Assembly (NCBI RefSeq): GCF_001194135.2
Contig: NC_068991.1
Span: forward strand, 8,555,252-8,587,265
Direction: 5' to 3'
DNA from: Octopus bimaculoides
Lineage: Eukaryota
DNA length: 32,014 nt
Shown here: piece by piece, positions 31,727-32,014 of the stretch
Layout of the letters: every line of letters begins with the position of its first letter
Position numbering within the stretch: position 1 is the stretch's first letter
Translations under genes and position numbers: made by a program
The notes under the pieces: generated by a model
Seen by the model: only the letters and a program-made list of their open reading frames with translations
Told to the model about the DNA's origin: nothing
Database searches by the model: none

Positions 31727-32014
31727 ATCATCATCATCATCATCGTTTAACGTCCGCTTTCCATGCTAGTATGGGTTGGACGATTTGACTGAGGACTGGT
31801 GAAACCGGATGGCAACACCAGGCTCCAGTCTAATTTGGCAGAGTTTCTACAGCTGGATGCCCTTCCTAATGCCAACCACTCAGTGTAGTGGGTGCTGTTA
31901 CATGTCACCCGCACGAAAACGGCCACGCTCGAAATGGTGTCTTTTATGTGCCACCTGCACAAGCCAGTCCAGGGGCACTGGCAACGATCTCGCTCGAAAA
32001 TCCTACGGGAGCCA
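31727..32014 (-). mobile_element. Retroposon family E with (GAT)n tail, runs off the window end
   Basis: Minus strand reads ...GGTTGGCATTAGGAAGGGCATCCAGCTGTAGAAAC...CCAACCCATACTAGCATGGAAAGCGGACGTTAAACGATGATGATG. Relatives at about 22490-22800(+), 2115-2345(-), 4453-4585(-). Confidence 0.8.

Overview
AT-rich eukaryotic (metazoan) DNA with a very high load of microsatellites, SINEs and MITEs. The repeat families look like those of an octopus/coleoid cephalopod genome, an inference from pattern recognition rather than a database search. The one complete gene is TBC1D7 (TSC complex subunit) on the minus strand. It has six coding exons, join(17497-17302, 5832-5648, 4844-4704, 3469-3324, 2909-2780, 1768-1700), totalling 867 nt / 288 aa, with all introns GT-AG, phases compatible and an 11.5 kb first intron. 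About 1 kb upstream, a probable first coding exon of an unidentified divergent plus-strand gene lies at 18532-18665; no second exon was found in the window. The rest is intronic or intergenic: several tRNA-derived SINE families, hAT- and piggyBac-type MITEs, two decayed RTE LINE ends, a Helentron-like element, Penelope-type hammerhead remnants, simple repeats and two assembly gaps. The most interesting non-gene signals are (i) a 97-nt hairpin at 19528-19624 that folds well only on the plus strand (pri-miRNA-like) and appears built from two back-to-back truncated hammerhead motifs, (ii) an inverted pair of decayed minimal hammerhead elements in TBC1D7 intron 5, (iii) a perfect 24-bp hairpin in intron 4, and (iv) head/tail shuffling among four SINEs. 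No prokaryotic-type system (CRISPR, operon) is present. Most ORFs in the supplied track are repeat artefacts. All alignments and counts were done by eye, and repeat boundaries are approximate unless a TSD or TIR is quoted.
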